Assembly: GCA_047601445.1 (NCBI GenBank)
Contig: JASGJH010000001.1
Span: 2,816,001-2,880,000 of the forward strand
Reading direction: 5' to 3'
Length of the DNA stretch: 64,000 nucleotides
Source of the DNA: Myxococcales bacterium
Lineage (GTDB): Bacteria; Myxococcota_A; Polyangia; Polyangiales; DASUME01
Positions 41,485-51,089 of this stretch are shown piece by piece. The first letter of the stretch is position 1; the number at the start of each line of letters is the position of its first letter. Under the pieces are notes generated by a model that did not search any database, was not told where the DNA came from, and saw only the letters and a program-made list of their open reading frames with translations. Both the position numbers and the translations under genes were made by a program.

Positions 41485-42510
41485 TCAAGCCCGTTGCTGC
41501 CCGGTGCGGCTCCAGCGCCGGGCCAGTGTGTCGCTCGGACTCTCGCCGAAGCGCTTCCGATAGCGGATGCTGAAGCGACCCAGGTGCCCGACCCCCGTGA
41601 TCCGAGCCACCTCACTCACGGTCTCCAGCGTGTCGCTCGTCAGGAGCAGCACACGCGCTCGCTCGAGTCGACGCGCGCGCGCGAAGTCGAGCGGCGAGCA
41701 GCCACGGTGTTTCTGGAAGCCGAGTTGCAGCGAGCGCGCGCCAATGCCGGCCACGCGCGTGAGCTCCGCCATGGTGACGGAGCGCCCGAAGTGCGCGTCG
41801 ATGTATTCCGCGGCACGTCGCACATGCCGCGGCTCACCCGAGCGGGAGCTCGCCTTGAACAGCCCGGACTGGTTGCTGGGCTGGCACAGCAAGAAGCGAA
41901 AGATGAGGGCTTCGGCCCAGCATGCGTCGGCGCCGGGCTCTGTGAACTCGGGATGCTCCTGATCGGCTTCCCTCAGCACCGAGGTGATCAAGCGCATGAG
42001 GGGCTCCACCGGAGGCGAGTCGAGCGCGATGCGCGCTGCAAACTGGACTTCACGGGACTCAGCTCCCGTGAGAGTGCGCAGACCGTCGTGGACTGCCTGG
42101 CGCGGAAGCACCACCTGCAGGCTGCGAAACCCCGAACGGACCACGACCTTGGAGCTCTGCCAGGGAGCGCACAGCAAGCCCGACCGGCCCGACACCAGGG
42201 GGGTCACCGCCTTGCCGATCGTCGACTCCGCGGTAGCGTTCGACTCGAGCGGCAGAGACAACAGATAGGCATCCGCCGCGCCCTCACAATCCGCCCACAC
42301 GCTGGACCTGGTTTCACTCGCGACCAGCGCGAGGGGACCGAGCGTGAGCTGGTGAACGCGCCAGAAGAACGGCTCCTTGCCGGGCATGCCATGGATGTGC
42401 ACCGGCGCGGTCATCCGGCTGTAGAGGTCCGATGCCTCATCCAGGGATGGCACAGCGAGGCACGGATAGCGTGAAAGCGGCAGCCTAGGGCGCGCGGATA
42501 CGTTCAACAT
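41485..42510 (-). CDS. AraC-family transcriptional regulator (start uncertain)
   Basis: VRRAAEYIDAH, ARSLQLGFQKHRGCSP, HLGRFSIRYRKRFGESPSDTL. Confidence 0.92.
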   Translation of the reverse strand: MLNVSARPRLPLSRYPCLAVPSLDEASDLYSRMTAPVHIHGMPGKEPFFWRVHQLTLGPLALVASETRSSVWADCEGAADAYLLSLPLESNATAESTIGKAVTPLVSGRSGLLCAPWQSSKVVVRSGFRSLQVVLPRQAVHDGLRTLTGAESREVQFAARIALDSPPVEPLMRLITSVLREADQEHPEFTEPGADACWAEALIFRFLLCQPSNQSGLFKASSRSGEPRHVRRAAEYIDAHFGRSVTMAELTRVAGIGARSLQLGFQKHRGCSPLDFARARRLERARVLLLTSDTLETVSEVARITGVGHLGRFSIRYRKRFGESPSDTLARRWSRTGQQRA

Positions 42511-42758
42511 GTCGACCTGTCTGGCGTCGAGTCCCTTCGAGATCGCAGCGTGCCCACGGTGCAGCGACATCGCGCATGAGGCAAGGCGATTCTCGAGTGG
42601 GCTTCCCGGGGCGCATGTGGCCTCTGCTCTCACGGCGCGGCCTTTCTTGAGTGCCGCTCGCACTTGCCTTGCCGCGCGACTCCTTGGCCATGGTCCTGCT
42701 CTGGTACGACCCCCACTTCGGGTCACGCCTCTTCGGAATGGCGGCCGATTCCGAGGCG

Positions 42759-44069
42759 CTACAGCGAAGGCAGGCAAAAGAAGCCGTCCTTGGGCCAGTA
42801 GAGCACGAAGTTGATGCACATCTCGTCGTCGCTGGTCTCGCCGGCGCGCACCACGTTGCCCGTCGCGTTTTCGTAGGTGCAACGCGTGGTCACCACGTCG
42901 TCGTTGTAGATGACGGCTTGCGCCGGATAGAAGCGCTGATCGTAGAAGTCGAAGGGGCCGTTGTGGACCACCTGCTCGACGTAATCGTGACTGATGCCCA
43001 GATAGGCATGGACCCCCAGCTTGTGCATGTGGGGCGCCACGCTCAAGATGTGGATCTCCTCTTGGCCCTGGAGCACCACGCGACAGAGGCTGGTGACCGC
43101 CGCGCGCTGTCCCGGGAGGAGCAGCGGCAGGGCACTCAAGTCCTTGCTCATCGCAGCCGTGTGCTCACGAAATTTCGATGTGACGCAGATTTCCGCGCCA
43201 CTCGCATCGTCCTCGTCCTGGGCGCCGGCGCGGTTGTAATAGTGCATCTCGAGAAACATGGGTCCGTTGCCGAGGTGCAGCCCCACGTCGCTCGGGAGCG
43301 TGGGGACGCCTGCGTTGCCCGGTGCCCAGCCCCAGAACACCACTTGGTTCTCCACCCCCGTCCCTTCGTACAGGATCCAGTGGTGGAGCACGCGATGGTT
43401 ATCGGTGATCGGCCGCAGCGCCAGCGCCTGCAGCGACTTGTCGCCCCAGGGAGGACGCGAGAACGGAATGCGAACCTGGGTTTCCTCACCGGCTTTGACT
43501 CGGTAAGGCCGATCGGGATGGTCGAGGTCGTGCGCCTTGAGCACATAGTGCTCTTCGCAGTCTGCTGGCCACGGCTCGTCGACCGTCGGGCTGGGCTCCA
43601 GGGTTGATCCACCCGTGCAGGATCGATCGGGTCCGGGCCTCGCTCCGTCGTCGATCCAAGCGTCGAGTGCCTCCAAGCTATTCTCGTCGAGCATGCCCGC
43701 CTGCGGCATCGGGTCGCGCTCGTCGTGGATGCGCTGTTCGACTAGCTCATAGACGCGCCTGCTCGGGTCGGAGAAAGCTGGCTTCAGTAGGTCCTCGTAG
43801 TTGAGCAAGGACATGGGCGCGCCAGCCACGTGATCTCCATTGTGGCATTCGAGGCAATTGGCACGCAGCACGGCGAGCGCTCTGCACCACAAGCTCGACA
43901 CTGGCGCCGGAACCTCGACTCCGCGATCTGGCTCACGCCCCTCGGGGACCAGCTCGCGTGAATCGGGGGACTCTTCGAGCACCGGTCGTGGCCCGGCAAG
44001 GGCGTCTTCGTCGCCGTAGCAGGCCAGCAGACTCGATCCGAGCAAGGCACTCGCGTACAACCTTCTCAT
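42759..44069 (-). CDS. Lipoprotein: c-type cytochrome domain fused to a copper type II monooxygenase-like (PHM/DBH) domain
   Basis: LLAC lipobox; CLECH heme motif with distal MP; LHHWIL, EMHYYN, PHMH, DEMC copper-ligand motifs. Confidence 0.8.
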   Translation of the reverse strand: MRRLYASALLGSSLLACYGDEDALAGPRPVLEESPDSRELVPEGREPDRGVEVPAPVSSLWCRALAVLRANCLECHNGDHVAGAPMSLLNYEDLLKPAFSDPSRRVYELVEQRIHDERDPMPQAGMLDENSLEALDAWIDDGARPGPDRSCTGGSTLEPSPTVDEPWPADCEEHYVLKAHDLDHPDRPYRVKAGEETQVRIPFSRPPWGDKSLQALALRPITDNHRVLHHWILYEGTGVENQVVFWGWAPGNAGVPTLPSDVGLHLGNGPMFLEMHYYNRAGAQDEDDASGAEICVTSKFREHTAAMSKDLSALPLLLPGQRAAVTSLCRVVLQGQEEIHILSVAPHMHKLGVHAYLGISHDYVEQVVHNGPFDFYDQRFYPAQAVIYNDDVVTTRCTYENATGNVVRAGETSDDEMCINFVLYWPKDGFFCLPSL

Positions 44070-44289
44070 ACTCAGAACCAAAGCAGGTTGCGCATCGAAC
44101 GCTTGTCCATTTGCATGGGGAAATCTTGCCGTTTATGGGCAGTTTTTCTGGGAACTGTTTCAACCGCTTCTCGGTCCAATGTCTGCAATCCATACCGACC
44201 ATGAGAAAACTCAGACTAGCGCCCGAGGGCGTGTTGAAGGGGCGCATGCCACCCTTGCGCGCAGTGGGCCGGTCGCAGAGGAGGCCAAA

Positions 44290-44685
44290 GTGCACGACGA
44301 GATCCAGAAGTACAACACCGCTCAGCCGCTGACCTCTCGCGAGATCTGCCGTGCGCTCGCCGACACGATCGACGCGGCACTCAAGGTCGCCGAGAGCAAG
44401 CTCTGGCACGGAGGCCCCGTGTGGTTCATCGACGGAAATCCCATCGTCGGCTACTGGGTGCGCAAGGCGCACGTGCAGCTCCTCTTCTGGAGCGGGCAGT
44501 CCTTCGAAGAACCAGGCCTCGAGCCCGAGGGCAAGTTCAAGGCGGCGGAGCTTCGCATCACCGATGCAGCACAGATCAAGCCGAGCGAAATGAAGCGCTG
44601 GCTCCGCAAGTCCCGGACCATCCAATGGGACTACAAGAACATCGTCAAGCGGCGCGGCGTGCTCGAGAAAATCGGCGAGTGGTAG
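44290..44685 (+). CDS. DUF1801-like (YdhG-like) protein
   Basis: AESKLWHGGPVWFIDGNPIVGY, LLFWSGQSFEE, IQWDYKNIVKRRG; GGAGG before GTG 44290. Confidence 0.8.
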   Translation: MHDEIQKYNTAQPLTSREICRALADTIDAALKVAESKLWHGGPVWFIDGNPIVGYWVRKAHVQLLFWSGQSFEEPGLEPEGKFKAAELRITDAAQIKPSEMKRWLRKSRTIQWDYKNIVKRRGVLEKIGEW

Positions 44686-44882
44686 CGCAGCTCTGTTCGA
44701 TCGCTATGGTTCCGCCCGAGCGCTGGTCCTTCGCGCTGTCCAAGCTCCGCGGTTCGCGGCTTTTCGAATCGGAGGACTTCGGGTCAAGCCTCTCTCAGCC
44801 TCTCGCGAGCTCGGCGCCGGCTAGCCGGATAGACGCCTAGGACACGGACGCGCCGTTCGTTATGGGGTCGGGATCCCCAGCC

Positions 44883-46160
44883 TCACTCTGGGAGTCCGTT
44901 TCCAGCTCCTCGATGTCCCAACGACCCTGACTGGCCAAACCTCGGTGAGCAGTCTGTCGTGCTTGTTGTTAGGCGCGGCAGCAACCCTGACGATGGCCGG
45001 TGCGACGGATCCGCGAGCAACGCGCCATCGTCTGCAAGTTCGGGCTGAACCTGGTTGCTGGATTCCCGGCTATCGCTGTTGGGCAGCGCGCCCACGCCTT
45101 CAGCCGATTCCCGTAGCTCGGGCACGAACGCAAGACCACCCGACAAGGGACCTCGTATTGAACGACTCCGAGAGAACAAAAGGTAGTTTCCTCTAGCTGT
45201 TGCTGGCAATTCCGCGCGCGGCCAGTTCTGAGTCCAGTCAGGGCCAGGCTCCACCCTGAAGAAACTCGGAGCGCGCCTAAGTGCGAAGCGTTTTCTCCAC
45301 CACTGCGCCACGGCCTCGAACATCTCCCCGGTCGGATCGTAGCGGTCGATCGGGTCGTTGAGCACGTACTGATAACCGTTGGCACACTCGAAGGCTCGCT
45401 CGAGGCAGAGCTGGTTGTCCGTGAGGAACAGCGGGTCCGGACTCATCCAGCGGCCCACGTTCGGGTCGAACTCTCGAAACGAAAAGTGCGTCAGCCGTGA
45501 GCTCGGGTCCGGGCGCTGTCCGGTGTAGCCGTAGGCATCCACGTAACCTCGGCGTTCCCGCGCGTCACCCACGGCTTGAAAGGCGCGCTCGCCGAGCCGC
45601 TCGGCGGCCGGCCCCGTGGCCAAGCTGGCGCTGCCAAGCTGATCATGGTGCAAGAACGCCGTGGCGGCGCTGTGCTCGAGCAGGCAGCGGCGCGCGCTGG
45701 CATACAGGTAGCGCAGTGGCTCAGTCGCCAACCAGGCATCCCCCACGTCGATGCGTGCGCCGCGTGCGTCGCCCGACACCATATCGCCGAGCAGACCTAC
45801 TTGCAGCGTGCTGCCATTCACGCGCGCCACGCGCCGATCCCCCACGCGCGCGTACACCACGGCGACGCCGTCACGCAGCTCGAAGTCCATTCCCACCGAG
45901 CAGGTCAGGCTGCCCGCATGCTCCTCGCACACACGCTCGACCGTGTCGGCGTAGAAGTACGCGGCCCGACCGCTGCCCGAGACAGCGGAGACAAGGCGTC
46001 CGCGATAGTCCCAGGACAAATCCGTTGCGCCATGCCCCGTCGTAGGCTGCGAGCTCGACCGGCCCAAGGCTGTTGTGTCCGCGCGCGCCACGCGGCACGG
46101 CGAAGACCCTAGCAGCGCGACTGCGCTCCACATCACCGCAACCCTCGCAGCGCTCAGCAT
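44883..46160 (-). CDS. Mini-Rhs #1: signal peptide + Rhs-associated core + unique tip
   Basis: WDYRGRL...HHDQLGS...YGYTGQ...GRWMSPDP...NDPIDRYDPTG (45327-45338). Confidence 0.85.
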   Translation of the reverse strand: MLSAARVAVMWSAVALLGSSPCRVARADTTALGRSSSQPTTGHGATDLSWDYRGRLVSAVSGSGRAAYFYADTVERVCEEHAGSLTCSVGMDFELRDGVAVVYARVGDRRVARVNGSTLQVGLLGDMVSGDARGARIDVGDAWLATEPLRYLYASARRCLLEHSAATAFLHHDQLGSASLATGPAAERLGERAFQAVGDARERRGYVDAYGYTGQRPDPSSRLTHFSFREFDPNVGRWMSPDPLFLTDNQLCLERAFECANGYQYVLNDPIDRYDPTGEMFEAVAQWWRKRFALRRAPSFFRVEPGPDWTQNWPRAELPATARGNYLLFSRSRSIRGPLSGGLAFVPELRESAEGVGALPNSDSRESSNQVQPELADDGALLADPSHRPSSGLLPRLTTSTTDCSPRFGQSGSLGHRGAGNGLPE

Positions 46161-46215
46161 CGCCTCAAGTCTGCGGGCAACCCACGCCGCTGCAAACTGG
46201 ACAGGTGTACTAGGG

Positions 46216-47595
46216 TCAATGGCCTCCCTGCGTACGCGCGGCCATCTTGGCCTGGGGCACGACGTCCGTGCGGGGCGACAATGGCTGCCAGCCCAAGTTG
46301 CGCCACTCCTCTAGCAGCAGCTCGTATCGATTGTTGTACGGGCGCTTTGCTCCAGCCATGCCCCCGATATACACGCTTTCTAGCGTGCCCAAGTTCAGCC
46401 GGAAGTTCATGAGCTTGTAAAAAAACTCTTTGGAGACAAGACGCGCAATGGGCCAACAAGTCGCGAGGACGCTTGTCACAGGAGTCCCGTTGGCCCAAAA
46501 CTCCCGGCGCTCCCCAAAGGCCTCCTGTACGGTGTCTCGCAGTTCTCGGTCAACATGCTCGCCTTCCAAGTGCCAGATCTGTGCCTCGAACGACGGCAGT
46601 ATCAGCGAGACGTTCCGCCGCCGCGTGGCGCTTAGTCCCTGGACAAGACTCAGGAGCTCGGACTCTGCGCTGATGATGGGTTCACTACCGTCAAAGGCTT
46701 CGACCCGGAAAAGGGTTGGATCGTCCGGCTCGGAGAAGACTGCGATCGGCGAGATCCAGTCAGGAGCGAGGACCAGGTACCCTTTCTCGCCGGTCGGGTC
46801 GATTGCATCGACTGCGTTGTTCAGCACGTACTGGTGTCCGTTGGCGCACTCGAAGGGCCGCTCCAGACATGCACGACTGTCCGTCAGGAACAGCGGGTCG
46901 GGGCTCACCCAGCGGTCCGCGCGCGGGTCGAGCTCGCGATGCGGGAAGTGCACGAGGCCGGTGGTCGGGTCGCCACGCTGGCCCGTGAAGCCGTAGTCAT
47001 CCACGTAGCGACCGCGCTGCCGCGGCGTCCCGCTCGTGTAGTACGCGCGCTCTCCAATCGACTGCCCGGCGAGGTCCGTGGCAAGGCCCGCGTTCCCGAG
47101 CTGGTCGTGGTGCACGAACACCAAGCTCGCTCCGTGCTCGAGTAATACCCGCCGCGCGGTTGCGTATAAGTAACGCGTGGCCTGCTCTCCTGGACCACGC
47201 GTCAGCCAGGCGTCACCCACGTCGATCCGAGCATCAGGCTCGCCAAGCGGAGCCAGGTCCGTCAGCAATGTGGCCTGCAGCGCGCTCTCGCCTCCGCGCG
47301 CAATGCGGCGGCTCCCCACACGGCGGTACGTCACCGCGATCCCATCGCGTAACTCGAAGTCCCTCGCGATGTGGTACGTCACGCTCCCGTCGTGCTCCTC
47401 CAGGATGCGTTCTTCCGCGTCTGCGTAGAAGTAGCTGCCTGCGTGGGCCCCCGACCGCGACGATGCCAGACGTCCCCGGTGGTCCCAGCTCAGCTGGACG
47501 TCCAGCTCCTGCGCACGCGCTGACGCCCCGACCCATCCCATGAAAGCCAACACGGTTGTGGCTGCGCGAACATGCCAGCTCGATCGATCGTTCAT
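46216..47595 (-). CDS. Mini-Rhs #2
   Basis: Leader ending ASARA; WDHRGRL; YGFTGQ; RWVSPDP; DPTG at 46789-46800. Confidence 0.88.
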   Translation of the reverse strand: MNDRSSWHVRAATTVLAFMGWVGASARAQELDVQLSWDHRGRLASSRSGAHAGSYFYADAEERILEEHDGSVTYHIARDFELRDGIAVTYRRVGSRRIARGGESALQATLLTDLAPLGEPDARIDVGDAWLTRGPGEQATRYLYATARRVLLEHGASLVFVHHDQLGNAGLATDLAGQSIGERAYYTSGTPRQRGRYVDDYGFTGQRGDPTTGLVHFPHRELDPRADRWVSPDPLFLTDSRACLERPFECANGHQYVLNNAVDAIDPTGEKGYLVLAPDWISPIAVFSEPDDPTLFRVEAFDGSEPIISAESELLSLVQGLSATRRRNVSLILPSFEAQIWHLEGEHVDRELRDTVQEAFGERREFWANGTPVTSVLATCWPIARLVSKEFFYKLMNFRLNLGTLESVYIGGMAGAKRPYNNRYELLLEEWRNLGWQPLSPRTDVVPQAKMAARTQGGH

Positions 47596-47968
47596 GGACC
47601 CTCGCTGCACTCTCGCCAGGACCGTCGCCGCCAGCCGGCTTCAATCTTTCTTGGGGTTTGTTTGTCCCAGGCGTTGGAACGCGCACCAAGTCCGTGCGCA
47701 TCAGCCCTACCTTGGGAACGCGGCTCATTGCGAGACCCTTCACCTGTCGTCGTCGCCGCCCGGCGCGCTCGGCAGACTCCCGTGGCGCTTCGGAGCCCAC
47801 ATTGGCTGCGCAATCTGGCAGTCGCGTGCGTCGCGCGGTAGTTGGACGGATGTGCTAGCCGCTCAGTCCGGCACGCTGAGCACGCTGGCGGAAGAAGCGT
47901 ACCTCCGCCTCCGAGACAAGCCGTAGGCTCTCCGTCCGAATGGTCCGGCGTGCCCGCGCCGCGGCATA

Positions 47969-48917
47969 GTGAGCTGCACCAGCGCGCGCGATCGCGTTCG
48001 GCAGGAGTTCACCATTCGTCTACTACGGTGCAAGACCTTCCAGATGGGCCCCTACCGCGTGCTTGGTCGCCTTGAGCAGCACGAACCCGGGGATTTGAGC
48101 GAGCCCTTTCTGGCGGTCGACGAGCCAATGTCTGGCGTGCGCAGACTGGTGACCTTGCGCATGCTTCGGGCCGCGCTCCAGCGCGATCCGGTGTCCGTCT
48201 TCGTGTTCAAGGAGGAAGCGCGCTGCGGCATCGCCGTCCGCCACGCTGGGCTCGTGCAGACCATCGCTGCAGGAGAGGACCGCGACCGCCCCTATGTGGT
48301 CACCGAGTTCCTGCATGGGCCGACCCTACACGACCTGCTCGAGCGCGCGCAGCGTCGGCGCGAGCCTCTGCCACCACAGGTGGCCATCGGCTCGGTGGGG
48401 GACGCGCTCAGGGGACTGCACCACTTGCACGAGGCGCGGGGCCAGGACGGCGCACCCCTCGAGTTCGTGCACCGTCACATCAGCCCCAGCAACATCGTCG
48501 CGACGCGCCACGGGCACGCCAAGCTCAGTGGCTTTGGCGTGGCAAGGCATGCGCTCGAGGAGACCCTCTTGCTCAAGGGCCAGCTCCGATACCTGGCACC
48601 CGAGCTCGTGCTGGGCAGCCCGCCGAGCGTACAGTCGGATTCTCTGGAGCATGGGCGCCGTGCTCTGGGAAGCCCTGTGCGGACGGCCGCTGTTTCAAGG
48701 CCGAGGCGACGTCGCCACCCTTCAGCAGGTGCTGCATTTGCCGATCGAGAGGCAGCTTCCGAGCTACATCGAAGTCCCGCGCGCACTGCGGTCGGTGCTG
48801 ATGCGCGCCCTGCGGCGTGACCCGGCCGAACGCTACCGCTCGGCTCGCGAGATGCACGACGAGCTGCGTTGCTCAGGAGCAGCCTGGAGTCAGCGCACGC
48901 ATGTCCAATCGTTCTAG
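47969..48917 (+). pseudogene. Ser/Thr kinase-like gene, catalytically degenerate, +1 frameshift at ~48641
   Basis: VTLR for VAIK, HRHISPSN for HRD, GFG for DFG, YLAPE; QSD-[t]-LWSMGAVLWE continues in ORF 48294-48917. Confidence 0.8.
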
Positions 48918-48972
48918 GCTACGAACTCGCGGTCGTCGGACAATGCTTCGGTCGTCCGCTCGAGCCGAACGC

Positions 48973-49438
48973 TTACGACGCTGCCGCGCTATCGCTCCCG
49001 GGTACCAGCACGGGCACCGCCTTGTCGAGTACCTCGCGCACCTTGCGCAAGAGGACCTTGGAGGTGAAGGTTTTTTCAACTGTTCGGCCAGCTCCGTGCC
49101 TTTCATGTGCGGCATCAACACGTCCACCAACCAGAGCGCGATCTCGCCCGTGCGATCCGCCACCAGCTCCAATGCCTGCGCCGCCGAGCCCGCCTCCAAC
49201 ACTTGGTACCCGTGTGCCTCGAGCGTGGTGACGATTCCCAGCCGTACCATGTCGTGATCTTCCACCACCAGGATGGTCTCGTTCAACCCACCCACACATC
49301 CCAGTCGATCCAATTTTGCTTGTCACGCAACTGCGCCAGGTCGACGGGAAGGCCCGACACCATCTGCTCGTAATCGAGTCCGCGGTCCTTTGCGACGTGC
49401 TCCCAAATGCCGAGCTCGCGGCACGAAACTTCGCGCAT
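48973..49438 (-). pseudogene. Collapsed hybrid sensor kinase / response regulator remnant
   Basis: MREVSCRE...NWIDWDVW N-terminal piece abuts receiver ETILVVEDHDMVR...DVLMPHMKGTELAEQL, which jumps out of frame to FTSKVLLRKVREVLD. Confidence 0.7.
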
Positions 49439-49676
49439 GTCCGGAGTATAGCCGCCCGATTCGCAGTGACTTGCAAGGCGCAGCTCTCTGCGCTCGATGC
49501 AAGTGCCTCGCCGCGCAAGCAGCGAGGCGGTCGACGGCGGCGAGCATCGCGCGGATTGGTGCTGTGTGTCAGCCCCGTTACTTGCGTGTTTGATGCGCGA
49601 AAACCAGCCCTTCTGCCCGTGACAGAACGCGCTCACAGGCGCTCCACTCCACCAATGCGAGTGACCTCCGGTCAGC

Positions 49677-50915
49677 TCAGAGGGTGGTTGTCCGCTGCCT
49701 TGGTCCGGGTTCCTCATCTGCGCGCCGGCGAGCGCGCAGGGCCAGCTCGCGTAGCCGTTCGACGCTGCCGATTGCGCGTAGGGGGACTTGAGCGACGATC
49801 CGCACCCATCGTGACGCGGCCAGCGCTACCGAGGCTCCGAGCTCCAAATCGGTCGCATAGTGCGGGGCCATGCGCTCGTAGGCGGCCCGATCCTCGGCTT
49901 CGGTCATGGGCAGCGCGATCCTGTCGAGGTTCAGCAGGTGGCTGTGGCGAGGATCGGAGAGCCTGACGGTGCGACAATGACCCAGCTCGTCGAACAGGCG
50001 GTACCAGTCGCCCGGCACATCATGGTCTGGAATCGCGAGCATGAACGTGGGAGAGCCGTTCGCGTCGACCCCGAAGTAGAGTGTGGTCGTCTTCTCACCG
50101 CTTGGGTCGACCGCGTCTAGCGGGTTGTTCAAGACGTACCCATAGCCATCTGCGCACTCGAAGGGACGCAACAGGCAGAAGTTCGAATCCTCTAGAAACA
50201 GCGGGTCCGGACTGGCCCAACGTCCAGCCCCGGGTTCGAGCTCACGAAACTGGAAGTGCACGAACCCGGTGCTCGGATCGCTACGCTGACCTGTGAACCC
50301 ATACGTATCCACGTGGCCGCGACAAGACCGAGTCTCGCCGTAGGCAAACGAGGCACACTCTCCGAGTACCTGAGCCGCAGGCCCGCTCGCCAGCGTGGCG
50401 TTGCGGAGCTGGTCTTGATGCAAGAACACCGCGCTCGCGCCGTGCTCGAGTAGCAACCGCCGCGCGCTGGCAAACAGATAGCGCAGCACTCCCCCCACGG
50501 GCGGCCTTGCTAACCAGGCGTCACCGACATCGATGCGCCCTGTGGGCGCCGCGTTCGCTCGCAGATCGGCCACAAGCATGGCCTGCAGCGCAGTACTGCC
50601 GGTGCGCCCCACCCGCCGCTCGCCGACCCGGGCGTAGCTCACCGAAACACCGTCGCGCACCTCGAAGTTCGGGCTCACGTGGAAGGTCACGCTGCCGTCG
50701 TGTTCCTCGATCACCCGGTCCATGCCCGCAGCGTAGAAATAGCTGGCCACGCGCCGCCCAGCGCTCGCGCTCACCAGTCGCCCCCGGTAGTCCCACCGCA
50801 ACTCGGCGGCCCTATCTTCCGCCGCGGCGGGCGCGGCGCAGCCCAGAGCTCCCGCCAGCACAAGCCCCTTCGCGATCAGCTTTCCTCCAAGCTCGGTGAG
50901 CACCGCGGGGAGCAT
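49677..50915 (-). CDS. Mini-Rhs #3 (leader contains lipobox-like ALGC)
   Basis: WDYRGRL; HQDQLRN; YGFTGQ; GRWASPDP; DPSG at 50097-50108. Confidence 0.88.
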   Translation of the reverse strand: MLPAVLTELGGKLIAKGLVLAGALGCAAPAAAEDRAAELRWDYRGRLVSASAGRRVASYFYAAGMDRVIEEHDGSVTFHVSPNFEVRDGVSVSYARVGERRVGRTGSTALQAMLVADLRANAAPTGRIDVGDAWLARPPVGGVLRYLFASARRLLLEHGASAVFLHQDQLRNATLASGPAAQVLGECASFAYGETRSCRGHVDTYGFTGQRSDPSTGFVHFQFRELEPGAGRWASPDPLFLEDSNFCLLRPFECADGYGYVLNNPLDAVDPSGEKTTTLYFGVDANGSPTFMLAIPDHDVPGDWYRLFDELGHCRTVRLSDPRHSHLLNLDRIALPMTEAEDRAAYERMAPHYATDLELGASVALAASRWVRIVAQVPLRAIGSVERLRELALRARRRADEEPGPRQRTTTL

Positions 50916-51089
50916 GCTGCACTCAAAGCGAATTGGATAGTGACCGAATGACCTAGAGCGCGCTGCTCCCGGGCACGCGGCCAGGCACTCGCTCCAACCC
51001 GCTTCGGCGCCTCACGCCGGCCCGTCTGTCCCAACGTAGGCCTTCCGTCCGGCTCTACGAACGTTGAGCCGCCTGGTAAGCCGCCAGCC

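Noticed and set aside
37735..43733. Diversity-generating retroelement template/variable repeat pair
   Set aside because: The six mismatches are not restricted to adenines on either strand or copy, and no reverse transcriptase is present
44290..44685. Immunity gene for mini-Rhs #1
   Set aside because: It is convergent, not co-transcribed, and belongs to a widespread stand-alone family
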